From positions 32,001 through 96,000 of the forward strand of contig NZ_JAQNDL010000003.1 in NCBI RefSeq assembly GCF_028368995.1: DNA of 64,000 nucleotides, given 5' to 3'. Position numbers and translations under genes: made by a program. Shown here piece after piece: positions 38,110-47,488 of the stretch (position 1 is its first letter; each line of letters opens with the position of its first letter). The notes beneath the pieces are model-generated. The model saw nothing but the letters and a program-made list of their open reading frames with translations, was not told the DNA's origin and made no database searches. This DNA is from Nannocystis bainbridge (GTDB lineage: Bacteria > Myxococcota_A > Polyangia > Nannocystales > Nannocystaceae).

Positions 38110-38335
38110 TTCACCGCTCCTGGGCTCGATCCTCCATCCCTGATGATTCGGCCGGCGAGCGGCCCTGCTCACAATCCTCCATCGCAGCCCCATCGCACGG
38201 CCCGTACTGCGATTGAACGCCCATGATTCGCCGCTCGTGGCTGCGATCCTCCATCCCTCATGACTCGCCCTGCGATCGGTCCTATCCAAAATCCTCCATC
38301 GCGGCATTCTTCGAACGGCCGGTAGTGCGATTGAA
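38110..38335. repeat. Imperfect 117-bp tandem duplication carrying four ATCCTCCATC (minus strand GATGGAGGAT) motifs
   Basis: Motifs near 38128/38245 and 38173/38290 (both pairs 117 bp apart); both units end in TGCGATTGAA. Confidence 0.8.
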
Positions 38336-38567
38336 GAATGCACCCATCTGCACGGCACCCTGTTCATTGCCGACACCGCTCCACTCCGCGCCCCGCGGCC
38401 CGCGCGATGACCCTACGTCAGCAGCATTCGAGGTCCGGTTCGCACGCCGCTCGCGCACGTCGGTCCGGTCACGCACCGCGCAAGTCTTGCTGGCACCGAC
38501 CCCTGGTCGCGCGAATCGCCGATGATAGAGTCCGGTCCATCGATTGGCGATCGACCGGAGAATGGCC

Positions 38568-39347
38568 GTGACGGAGCCCATACGCGCATTGCGCCCCCGA
38601 ACCACCGAACTGCTGCGCGGCGACCTGCGTGACGTGAGCCTCGTCTCATTGTTGCAACTGGCCCAGGTCGAGGCGATCAGCGGCTGGCTGCGCATCGAGG
38701 GCCGCGGCGAGATTACCTTGCTCAAAGGTCATGTCGGCCTCGTCGCCTGCGGCCGCCTGAGCGGCGTCGAGGCCCTGCGCGAGCTCGCCTTCCACGACCG
38801 GGGCCGCTTCGTGCTCGCCCGCGGCGAGCCGGCCGGCGATCGCTGCGGCGACAACGTCACCTTCGCCCTGATGGACGCCTACCGCCTGCGCGACGAGTGG
38901 AAGCGGCTCGCCGACGCCGTCCTGCGGCGCGTCGGCGAGCGCCCGTGGAAGCCCACCGGCGGCCCCTTCGACCCGATCGTGCTCGAACTCGACGGTCGCC
39001 GCACCCTCGCCGAGCTCGTCGATCCCAACCCCGGCATCGCCACTCTGGTGATCGACGCCGCCCTCGACGCCCTGCGCCTCGGCGCCATCGAGCGCGTGCC
39101 CGAGGCCCAGCGGCGCCCGCCCCCGCTCACCGTGATCGACGGCAGCGACGCCGGCGACCCCGAAGACCCCGACGATTTGCTCGACCGCGGCCGCGATCTC
39201 GCGCGCCGCGGTGATTACGACGGCGCCGAGGCGCTGCTGCGCCGGGCCCTGGCCCGTCGGCCCGACGACCGCATCGCCCAACAGAACTTACGGGCCCTCG
39301 CCCGGCGCCGCGCCGCGCCCGGGCCCGAAACAGAGGACATCCGATGA
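38568..39347 (+). CDS. DUF4388 (PATAN-like) domain protein with C-terminal TPR
   Basis: LRGDLRDVSLVSLLQLAQ...GWLRI...G-I-L--G...GVEAL-EL...GRF; LDGRRTLAELV; TPR-like LLDRGRDLARRGDYDGAEALLRRALARRPDD. GGAG 7 nt before GTG 38568. Confidence 0.85.
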   Translation: MTEPIRALRPRTTELLRGDLRDVSLVSLLQLAQVEAISGWLRIEGRGEITLLKGHVGLVACGRLSGVEALRELAFHDRGRFVLARGEPAGDRCGDNVTFALMDAYRLRDEWKRLADAVLRRVGERPWKPTGGPFDPIVLELDGRRTLAELVDPNPGIATLVIDAALDALRLGAIERVPEAQRRPPPLTVIDGSDAGDPEDPDDLLDRGRDLARRGDYDGAEALLRRALARRPDDRIAQQNLRALARRRAAPGPETEDIR

Positions 39348-39712
39348 CTCGCTCCGAACAGATAAGCAAGCTGCTGCGCAACCTCTCCACCACCACCCCC
39401 GACATCGAGGCCGCTGCCGTGGTCGACAACGACGGCCTCCTGATCGCCTCGGCCCTGCCCGCCGACGTCGAGGACGACCGGGTCGCGGCCATGAGCGCCG
39501 CCCTCCTCGGCATGAGCGAGCGGATCGTCCGCGAGCTGGCGCGCGGCGACTTCTCGCTGGTCATGGTCCGCGGCACCCAGGGCTTCGTGATCCTGGCCCG
39601 CACCGGCGCCGACGCGGTGCTCACCGTGCTCGCCACCGAGGCCGCCAAGCTCGGCCTCGTGTTCCTCGACATCTCGCGCGCGGCGAAGGAGATCGGCCGC
39701 CTCCTCGGATAG
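39344..39712 (+). CDS. Roadblock/LC7 (MglB-like) protein
   Basis: IEAAAVVDNDGLLIASALP...DRVAAMSAALLG...ELARG...AKLGLVFLD. ATGA overlap with the upstream gene. Confidence 0.93.
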   Translation: MTRSEQISKLLRNLSTTTPDIEAAAVVDNDGLLIASALPADVEDDRVAAMSAALLGMSERIVRELARGDFSLVMVRGTQGFVILARTGADAVLTVLATEAAKLGLVFLDISRAAKEIGRLLG

Positions 39713-39716
39713 ACCC

Positions 39717-40127
39717 ATGCTCGGCGTCGAGGCCCAGCTCACCGCGCTCCTGGGCGGCATGAACCGCGGCGGCGGCTACCCGCTGTCGCTCGTGTGCACC
39801 GCCCAGGGCCTGCTCGTCGCCGCCGCCGGCGAGCACGCGCGCAGCGACGTCGCCGCCGGGCTCACCAGCCTGTTCGACGACATCGTCCAGCGCGCCGTCC
39901 GCGACCTCGGCCTCGTCGACGTCGACGAGCTCACCCTCGCCGCGCCCGACGCCGGTCGTGTCGTCATTCGCCCGCTCGCGCGCGACTGCGTGCCGCGGCT
40001 GTTCCTGGTCGTCTTCGTCCCCGGCGGCCGCACCTGGCGGCGCCACACCAATCACATCACCCGCAAGCTGCTGGCATTGCTGAGCCCCTGGCTCACCCGC
40101 GCCGCCGCCCCGCAAGAGCCCCCATGA
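39717..40127 (+). CDS. Divergent roadblock/longin-like protein
   Basis: SLVCTAQGLLVAAAG...VAAGLTSLF pattern, same size class, in the operon. Confidence 0.72.
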   Translation: MLGVEAQLTALLGGMNRGGGYPLSLVCTAQGLLVAAAGEHARSDVAAGLTSLFDDIVQRAVRDLGLVDVDELTLAAPDAGRVVIRPLARDCVPRLFLVVFVPGGRTWRRHTNHITRKLLALLSPWLTRAAAPQEPP

Positions 40128-40663
40128 CCGACGCGTCCGCCATCTACGCCGCGATCCAACAATTCATCGGCTTCGACGCCGACGACGCCGCCCGCCTGCG
40201 CGAACTGGCCCCCCTGTTCGCCGAGCACGGCTCTACCCTCACCGACCGCTTCTACGCCAAGCTGGCCGCCGACCCCGAGCAATCCGCGCTCATCGCCGGC
40301 CGCGTCGAGTCGCTGCGGCAGACCCACATGCGCTGGCTCTCCGAGCTGTTCGCCGGCGACTACGGCGAGCGCTACTTCGACGATCGCTGGCGGATCGGCC
40401 TCGCCCACGTGCGCGTCGGCGTGCGCCCGTGGTGGGTCGAGGCCGTCACCAGCTTCCTGCGCAGCGAAGGCCTCGCGCTGATCGAAGCCCACGTCGCCGA
40501 CCCCGAGCGCCGCGCCGCCTCGGCGCGCAGCCTGCTGAAGATCCTCGACCTCGACCTGATGATCATCAACCTCGCCTACGCCGACGACCGCGTCGACCGC
40601 CTGTGCCGCTTCACCGGCATGAGCCGCAAGCTGATCGAGCGCTGCATCGCCCAGGGCCGCTGA
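40124..40663 (+). CDS. Protoglobin / globin-sensor single-domain protein
   Basis: FIGFDADD--L, DRFY, WLSELFAGDYG--Y, RIGLAHVRVGV (proximal His), KILDLDL. ATGA overlap at 40124. Confidence 0.92.
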   Translation: MTDASAIYAAIQQFIGFDADDAARLRELAPLFAEHGSTLTDRFYAKLAADPEQSALIAGRVESLRQTHMRWLSELFAGDYGERYFDDRWRIGLAHVRVGVRPWWVEAVTSFLRSEGLALIEAHVADPERRAASARSLLKILDLDLMIINLAYADDRVDRLCRFTGMSRKLIERCIAQGR

Positions 40664-40731
40664 TCGCCCGGCGACCCGAGCAGCGCCCGCGGGAGCCTCA
40701 CGCGGCTCGCACGCCGCTCGGCGTGCGCAGC

Positions 40732-40769
40732 ACGCATGTCTTTTCGGACATGTCGTAACAGACATCCTC
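40732..40769. repeat. 14-bp-period RRRCATGYYY array (array C)
   Basis: Cores at 40735, 40749 and 40763 (CATC); a further pair at 40931 (CATG) / 40945 (CAGG). Confidence 0.7.
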
Positions 40770-41090
40770 GATCGCTGCCGCGTGAGCCGCGCGACGGGTC
40801 CGCTGCCCTCCGCGACGAGGACGCTCGCGACGCACGACCTCACGAACGCCGCGGGCGCCAGCCGCTCCGCGCCGGGTCTCACCCGGCTTGCGGAGCGCCC
40901 TGGCGCCCACGGCATGGCTGCACTTCAGGACATGTACTTCGGAGCAGGACTCTGGGTCGACACCGGAGCTGCTCGAGGGGCGAGGTTCGGCGCAGCCGGC
41001 GAGGCCGGTGCAGCCGTCGTGCGGCGCCCGTCGAGGCGCCGCGGGGCCGGTCCGCGCTGGCAGGGGGCTGGCCCTGGGCGCGGCGGTCGC

Positions 41091-41312
41091 TCAGCTCGTG
41101 TGCGCCGAAGCCGACGCCGACACCGCAGCGGCCTGTCCGCCGCGACGCGGCCACTCGAGGCCGAGCTTGACGATCCGCCGCTTGAGCGCGTGGCGGGTGA
41201 TGCCGAGCAGAGACGCCGCGCCGACGATGTTACCGGCGGTGGTGAGCGCCTCGTTGCAGAGGCGGCGTTCGGCGTTCTCGAGATTGAAGTCTTCCAAAAT
41301 CAGCTGTGGCAA
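41091..41312 (-). CDS. Stand-alone Fis-type (HTH_8) DNA-binding protein
   Basis: LENAERRLCNEALTTAGNIVGAASLLGITRHALKRRIVKLGL. TTG start with GGAG 8 nt upstream. Confidence 0.85.
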   Translation of the reverse strand: MPQLILEDFNLENAERRLCNEALTTAGNIVGAASLLGITRHALKRRIVKLGLEWPRRGGQAAAVSASASAHTS

Positions 41313-41939
41313 GGTCCGTACTCCGTGTGACGATGTGTATATCGCAACGGAGTGTTCTCGCGCGGATCAAGCGGAGGCGCGGCGGCAACTCACGATCCCT
41401 CCTGCCCCGCATCCACGGCCCCTCGCGCCGCCTCCTCGCCCGCGAGGCCCCGTCCGCGAGCGGCCGCCCAGGGGGCCCTCCACGGCCTCTCAGGCCGACT
41501 TCGCGAAGATTCATCGCCGCGCTCGCGGGTCCGATCGCCGTCGCCGGTGGGCCGCGAGATCGGTCGAGTCCTGCACCCACGAACTATGACGACACGCGCG
41601 ATTCTGAGCGACGCCATTCTGCGGTGATGTCGGCCTCGCCAAGATCCACGAGCGGCGCGCTGCTGCGTTCGCGGCGGCTCGGCGAGAGCCGCGACGAATG
41701 TGCCACCCGACCCCACGCGTGGGTCCCCATCGCTCGCCGCCGCAGCGACCCGCGGCCGCGTCTCGGCGTTCGCAGGCGGCCCGCGATTGCCCACCCGTGC
41801 CCTGGCGTCCACCGCTGCCGCGGCGCGGGCCGGCGTGACGCCCTCGGCGGCCAGGCCGGCGGCGGGAGCGTCGGGATCGGGAGCGTGTCGGCCCGGATCT
41901 TCCGTGTCACGCGCGCCGGGGCTGCCTCGTCTCGGCCGC

Positions 41940-42665
41940 ATGCCCACCGCCACCGACCCCTCCCGTGACGCTGCGCGCGAGCGCGCGCTGATCCGCGTCC
42001 AGGCTGCCAGCGGGGCCCTGTTCGCCGTCTTCCTCGTGGCCCACCTCGTCAATCAGATGTTCGCCGCCGCCGGCCCGGCCGTGTACGACGCGATGCAGAT
42101 CCGGCTGCGCGCCGCCTACCACGCGCCGGCGATCGAGATCGCCTGCGTGCTCGTCCCGCTCGCGGTCCACGTCGTCGCCAGCGTGTGGCGCATGGTGCGT
42201 CGCCGCCGTCGCGGCGGCCCTGCAGCCGCCGCGCCGCGCATGCGATGGCAGCGACGCACCGCGATCGTCCTGCTGAGCTTCACCCTCGGTCACATCATCG
42301 CCACCCGCGGCCCCTCGCTGGTCTACGGCGTCTACCCCGAGTTCTCCGGCGTCGCCTACACCATGGTATGGCTCCCCGCCTATTTCATCCCCTATTATTT
42401 GTTGTTCTCGCTCGCCGGCCTCTATCACGCGCTGAACGGCCTGGCCCTCGGGCTGCCACGAATCGGCCTCGCCGGCCCGCCCGCGCTGCGCTCCGGCCGG
42501 GCCGTCGCCCTCGCCTGGCTGGCCGGCGCGGTCGCCCTGGCGCTCGGCATCGCCGGATTCGCCGGCGCATGGCACGACTTCCGCGAGCAGGCCGTCACCA
42601 GCCCCTATGCACAATTGCTGAGCGACCTCGGCGTCGCCGACAGCCCCCACGATTCGCACCCCTGA
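41940..42665 (+). CDS. Integral membrane protein, SdhC-like di-heme cytochrome b fold
   Basis: Five TM segments with His in FLVAHLVN, LAVHVVA, TLGHIIA and GLYHALNG. Confidence 0.72.
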   Translation: MPTATDPSRDAARERALIRVQAASGALFAVFLVAHLVNQMFAAAGPAVYDAMQIRLRAAYHAPAIEIACVLVPLAVHVVASVWRMVRRRRRGGPAAAAPRMRWQRRTAIVLLSFTLGHIIATRGPSLVYGVYPEFSGVAYTMVWLPAYFIPYYLLFSLAGLYHALNGLALGLPRIGLAGPPALRSGRAVALAWLAGAVALALGIAGFAGAWHDFREQAVTSPYAQLLSDLGVADSPHDSHP

Positions 42666-42873
42666 TGCGTGTCCCTCTCGTCGCCGACCGTCAAGTCGAC
42701 CGCGCCCGCGCATCGCTCGAACGCGATCTCGCCATGACTGCCCTCGCCGCCATGGCCGCGACGATGAACTCGATCTGAGGCCTCATCACCCCGACGAGGC
42801 CCGCGTCCTCATCATCGTGGCCACCTTCGCGTTCATCGGCCCGCCTCGCCACGCGATGCGGTACGCTCGCGCG

Positions 42874-44043
42874 ATGCCCAGGACGAGCATCGCGGCCGTG
42901 AGCACGCCTGTGAAGCTGGCAGCGTTCTTGTGCGGCGCGCAGCTCGGCTGCAGCCCAGCCCCGGCGCCGGAGGTCGAGCGCGAAGCCCCGGCCGCCCCTG
43001 CTCCGCCCGCCGCGACCGCGGCACCGCCGAGCGCGACCCCACCCGCCGAGCCGCCGGCGAAGCCCGCGCTCGATGCTGCCGCGCAGGCCGTCACGTGCGC
43101 CCCGGAGGTGCCCGCGGACGCGACGCTGGTGGACCGCCTCGAGCTCTTCCGTTCGGTCTGCGGCGGCGTGCTGCTGGCCTCCCGCGAGGACGGCCTGCAC
43201 GCCTTGACGCCCACGCTCGAGCCCATCGTGCGCATCCTCGACAAGCGCGTGCGATGGCTGCAGGCGCGGCGCGACGGTGAGGCGCGCGAGCTCTACTATT
43301 TCCCCGCCGACGCGCCAGACCTCGTGCACCTCGACCTCCGCACCGGCCGTGAGGAGGTGCTCGTAAGCTTGCCGCGCCTGAAGCATCGGTGCTTCACCGG
43401 CGCCGAACCCGGCCAGCCGTCATCTCCCGCCGACCCCGTGGATTTCATCCAATCCACCGACCGCCTCGACCTCGACCTCGCGGCCGGCGTGCTTTGCCTC
43501 GACATCGGCGATCGCAACGAGAACATGGCCTCCATCGGCCTCAACCTCCGCGCCGATCTACGCACCCGCAAGGTCGAGCAACGGACCGTTTTCGTCACCG
43601 AGGATTGCCAGAAGGGCGCCGGTCGCGAGCGAGAGCCTGCCTGTCGCCCGGCGCGAAGCGACCTCCCGTCCCCCACGGAGATCGCAGGCTCCGATCGCTC
43701 GGGCCTGGCCTCGCCCTCGGGCCACTGGTCCTATTACTCCGACGAGGACTTCGGGGCCTCCGGCGATTACATGTACAGCGCCGCGTTCTTGTTCGACACC
43801 CGCTCCAGGACCGCCTACGCGGTGACCCCGACGGCCCTCGTGAAGTTCACGCCCGGCACGCCCGACGCCCCGCAGCGCCCCCCGGAGACCACCTGCCTCA
43901 TCCCCGCCGAAGCCCAGGCCCGCTGGATGCCCGGCCGCGACCTCCTGATCCTCGAGGGCTGCGGCGAAGCGGGCCTGCTGATCGTCGAGCCGCCAGGGCG
44001 CGTACAAAAGGCGCAGGCGCACGCCGTCATCCCCTACCCGTGA
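42874..44043 (+). CDS. Hypothetical lipoprotein with Pro/Ala-rich linker
   Basis: Lipobox-like QLGC, P/A linker, beta-rich body. Start uncertain. Confidence 0.75.
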   Translation: MPRTSIAAVSTPVKLAAFLCGAQLGCSPAPAPEVEREAPAAPAPPAATAAPPSATPPAEPPAKPALDAAAQAVTCAPEVPADATLVDRLELFRSVCGGVLLASREDGLHALTPTLEPIVRILDKRVRWLQARRDGEARELYYFPADAPDLVHLDLRTGREEVLVSLPRLKHRCFTGAEPGQPSSPADPVDFIQSTDRLDLDLAAGVLCLDIGDRNENMASIGLNLRADLRTRKVEQRTVFVTEDCQKGAGREREPACRPARSDLPSPTEIAGSDRSGLASPSGHWSYYSDEDFGASGDYMYSAAFLFDTRSRTAYAVTPTALVKFTPGTPDAPQRPPETTCLIPAEAQARWMPGRDLLILEGCGEAGLLIVEPPGRVQKAQAHAVIPYP

Positions 44044-44152
44044 CGGGCTCGCGGAGCGGCCGGCCGATGCATCGGCACTGTCGTCACGTCCCACTCCGGC
44101 ATCCGCCGAAACAGCTCGCGCGCGGCCGCGTTCCGGCCTAACCTCCGGGGCC

Positions 44153-44551
44153 ATGACGACGCGCCACGCCTCCTGCTCCTGCGGCCAAATTCGGGTCACG
44201 TGCGAGGGGGATCCTGTGCGGATCTCCATGTGTCACTGTCTGGCCTGCCAACAGCGCACCGGCAGCGTCTTCGGCGTGCAGGCGCGGTTCAAGCGCGAGC
44301 ACGTCACGCTGGGGGGCGAGACATCGACCTTCGTCCGCACCGGCGATAGCGGCGGGCGGAGCACCTTCCATTTTTGCCCGACCTGCGGCTCGACGGTGTG
44401 GTGGGAGTTCGACGCGGCGCCGGAGCTCATCGCGGTGGCCTACGGCGCATTCGCCGATCCCAGCCTTCCACCCCCGACGGTCTCCGTCTACGAGGAGCGA
44501 CAGCACCCCTGGACCGTCATGCCGACACTGGACGTCGAACACATCCATTAG
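44153..44551 (+). CDS. GFA (CENP-V-like) Zn-binding protein
   Basis: CSCG, CHCLACQQRTGS, FCPTCGS. Confidence 0.93.
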   Translation: MTTRHASCSCGQIRVTCEGDPVRISMCHCLACQQRTGSVFGVQARFKREHVTLGGETSTFVRTGDSGGRSTFHFCPTCGSTVWWEFDAAPELIAVAYGAFADPSLPPPTVSVYEERQHPWTVMPTLDVEHIH

Positions 44552-44662
44552 GGCCCCGCCGCTGCGAAGCGCCGGTCGATCCATCGAGCTCGCCGAGTCC
44601 CTACCGTACCGCGAGGATGGCGACCGGGAACAGCGCCGATACGGTTCCAGGCGAGGCGTCCG

Positions 44663-45121
44663 CTATCTAGCGAAAGTCCCGGCGTCACATGCCATGCGGA
44701 CGTGATCGAGGCCGGGCCCGAAGCCTCCGGGTCGGACCTCGACCACGACGAACCCGTGCTTCGCGTAGAAGCCCTGAACTTTCTGCGACGTGTGCGTCTC
44801 GATCCGCCGGATCTGCGGATGCTCGCGCAGGAACGTCCCCAGGCGGTGATCCAGCAGCATCGAGCCGATCCCGGACCGCTGCCTTCGCGCGTCGATCATG
44901 CCCCAGCAGAGCGTCGCCGTGACTCCGTCTCGCTCGGCCGCGATCCCGCCCGATCCGACGATCTGCCCGCCGTCCTCGACCACGAAATAGGGCCCCGGGA
45001 GCGCGTCGAGGAAGCGGCCCAGCTCGGCCTCCTCGGGCGGCGAGAAATGTTCGGGGGTGTTGCCTCGCAGCAGCTCGAGACACGCTTCGCGATCGGCGGG
45101 AGAATAGGGGCGGATCTTCAT
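44663..45121 (-). CDS. GNAT family N-acetyltransferase
   Basis: MKIRPY, YFVVED-GQIVGSGG, RQRSGIGSMLL (motif A), FYAKHGF. Confidence 0.9.
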   Translation of the reverse strand: MKIRPYSPADREACLELLRGNTPEHFSPPEEAELGRFLDALPGPYFVVEDGGQIVGSGGIAAERDGVTATLCWGMIDARRQRSGIGSMLLDHRLGTFLREHPQIRRIETHTSQKVQGFYAKHGFVVVEVRPGGFGPGLDHVRMACDAGTFAR

Positions 45122-45349
45122 CGGCGGCGCCTCGGGGTGATCCTGTGCTGGGCGATAAGACAGGACATCGCCTGCGATTGGCAAGACTCCGGCCGTGCGA
45201 GCGCCCGCGCTCACTTCCGCGCAATTGCCGCAGACCGTGTTCGCCGGGCGCGCCCTTCCGCGACGCCGGCTCTGCTCGCCCTCCCGCGCATTGCGCCGCC
45301 TCCGCGTTTGCCGGGCCCGCGAAATGGGCCATGCAGGACGACGAAGGAC

Positions 45350-45940
45350 ATGTCCGACGCGCCCAACCTCTCCGACGACGACGAGCGCGGCTGTCATTAC
45401 GCGCTGCTGATCATCGACATGATCAACGGCTTCGACTTCCCCGACGGCGAGCGCCTGCGCCACCAGGCCGGGCCCGTCGCGGAGCGGATCGCCGGGCTGG
45501 CTGCGCGTGCGCGGGCCGCCGAGGTCCCCGTCATCTACGTCAACGACAACTTCGGCCGCTGGCGCTCCGATTTCCGCCACGTGATCCAGCACGTCTGCCA
45601 GCACACCGCGGGCGCCGCGATCGCCGAGCGCCTGGCCCCGGGCGAGCGCGACTATTTCGTGCTGAAGCCGCGCCACTCGGGCTTCCTCGGCACCTCGCTG
45701 GAGGTCTTGCTGGCGCACTTGCGGGTGCGCAGCCTGATCGTCACCGGCATCACCGGCGACCTCTGCGTCCTTTTCACCGCGATGGACGCTTACATGCGCG
45801 GCTTCGAATTGCGGATCCCCGCCGATTGCGTCGCCTCGGTCGACGAGGCCAACAATCGCCGCGCCCTCGACCTGCTGCGCGAATCGATGCGCGTCGACAC
45901 CTCGCCTGCGCCCGAGATCGAGCTCCGGCGCGACTCGTGA
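45350..45940 (+). CDS. Isochorismatase-family cysteine hydrolase
   Basis: ALLIIDMINGF, PVIYVND, KPRHSGF, TGITGDLCV. Confidence 0.92.
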   Translation: MSDAPNLSDDDERGCHYALLIIDMINGFDFPDGERLRHQAGPVAERIAGLAARARAAEVPVIYVNDNFGRWRSDFRHVIQHVCQHTAGAAIAERLAPGERDYFVLKPRHSGFLGTSLEVLLAHLRVRSLIVTGITGDLCVLFTAMDAYMRGFELRIPADCVASVDEANNRRALDLLRESMRVDTSPAPEIELRRDS

Positions 45941-46015
45941 GTCGCGCCATCGCTCGCGCTGTCGCCGGTCACGCCGCCGCCCTTCGACGCCGGCGGCGTG
46001 ACCCTCTTTGCGGGC

Positions 46016-46864
46016 TCAGGGGTTGATGGGGTCGCCCCAGCTGGCGACATTGCCGAAGCCGACGAAGCCGTCCTCCTCGCCGACCTTGACCTCGTTGAGC
46101 AGCGAGCCGCCGAGCCCCGGCCCCTGCAGGGTCGCCCCGATCTCGATGCCCGTCACGATCCACTGCGGGTCGTCGGCCTTGTAGAGCGTGGCCGGGTCGA
46201 ACGACCCGTTCACGCCGGGCGGCAGCAGCTCGACGCGGAGCTGGGCCGACGCCGGGTCGAACAGCTGCAGCACCCCGTCGCGGTGCTCGTCGAACTCGAG
46301 CCCCTCGGTGACGAAATCGAAGCCGACGTCGATCTCGAGGCGGTCGGCGCAGTCGCTGGGGAAGCCCTCGCCCTCGTAGTCGGGGTTGAGCTCCGAGTCG
46401 ATCCAGCGCACCTCGCCGGCGTCGTAGCGCACCTCGACCGTCAGCGGCAGCGACACGCCGCGCCACGCGTCGGACAGCGACAGCGGCTCCTCGGCGAAGG
46501 TCAGGAGGGTCTCGCGCGGCCCGAGCTTGTCGGCCAGGAACGCCTCGGCCGTGACGCCGAGGGGCGTCTCGGCGTCGGCAGCGATCACCGTCGGCGTGTC
46601 GATGCAGGCCGGCGCCTCGCCGTTGGTGCCGGTGGTCTCGGTCTCGCCCGGCTCGGCCGTGGTGGTGATGTCGCCCTCAGTGGTCGAGCTGCTCGGGTCG
46701 GGGCCGGTCGGCTCGCTCGCGGTCGGCTCGCTGGCGCTCGAGTCGGTGCCGGAGCTCCCGGTGTCGGGCGCGTCGGTGGTGCTGTCGATCGGGTTCTTGT
46801 CGGGGTTGCAGGCGAAGAGCACCGCGAGCGACAGGGCGAAGGGGGTCAGGGTGGATTTGGTCAT
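46016..46864 (-). CDS. Hypothetical lipoprotein with Thr/Ser-rich linker
   Basis: Lipobox LFAC, T/S/G/D linker, acidic globular domain. Confidence 0.85.
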   Translation of the reverse strand: MTKSTLTPFALSLAVLFACNPDKNPIDSTTDAPDTGSSGTDSSASEPTASEPTGPDPSSSTTEGDITTTAEPGETETTGTNGEAPACIDTPTVIAADAETPLGVTAEAFLADKLGPRETLLTFAEEPLSLSDAWRGVSLPLTVEVRYDAGEVRWIDSELNPDYEGEGFPSDCADRLEIDVGFDFVTEGLEFDEHRDGVLQLFDPASAQLRVELLPPGVNGSFDPATLYKADDPQWIVTGIEIGATLQGPGLGGSLLNEVKVGEEDGFVGFGNVASWGDPINP

Positions 46865-47488
46865 GGCGTAAGCTCAGGTCAATCGGTAAGTCGTCGGGTC
46901 CGAACTTCAATGACCATAGCACCCGCGCACCGGGAGGTGCAAACCCATCGACGCGATGAACGCCGCGCCCGCGTTTTGTCAGCCCTGGCGACCGCGGTGA
47001 TGGCCGTCTCCATGCCCGCACGAGGACATGCGCACCGCGACGGCGAGGCCATACCGCGGCACGCATGTCATGCCGAGGCGTCCGCATCGAGCGCTGCGCT
47101 GCGCAGTCGATTGCCGAGCTTTCGCGGGCAAAACGCGGCGCCGGTGAGGAAGTCCGGCCGAGCCCGGCAGCACCGAGCATGTCGAATGTGACACCTGCGC
47201 AATGAATATTGGCAGCGGCGAAGATTCTTCGACCCATGACGTGCGGGCAGCCGTCCGCCCGAGACGCCTGCCGTCCCCGCCCCGCAGCAGGCGCCTCTCG
47301 TGATCGCTCGGCGCCGCTGCCCGCGCGCTCGCGCCGGCCGGCTCGCGCCTGGAGCCGATCGGCGAGCCCACCGCACCGACGAGCGGCCGCACGGGCGCCC
47401 GTGCGGCCGTTCCGCCCATGCGATCCGAACGCGCTTTCGCGCCCCCCGGCCCCGCCGCCGCACGGTGCTAGGATTGAGGTTGCGACCG

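Noticed and set aside
38340-38510. Sigma54 promoter (TGGCAC/CGGCAC words) upstream of the roadblock operon
   Set aside because: The GG-N10-GC spacing is not met at either candidate.
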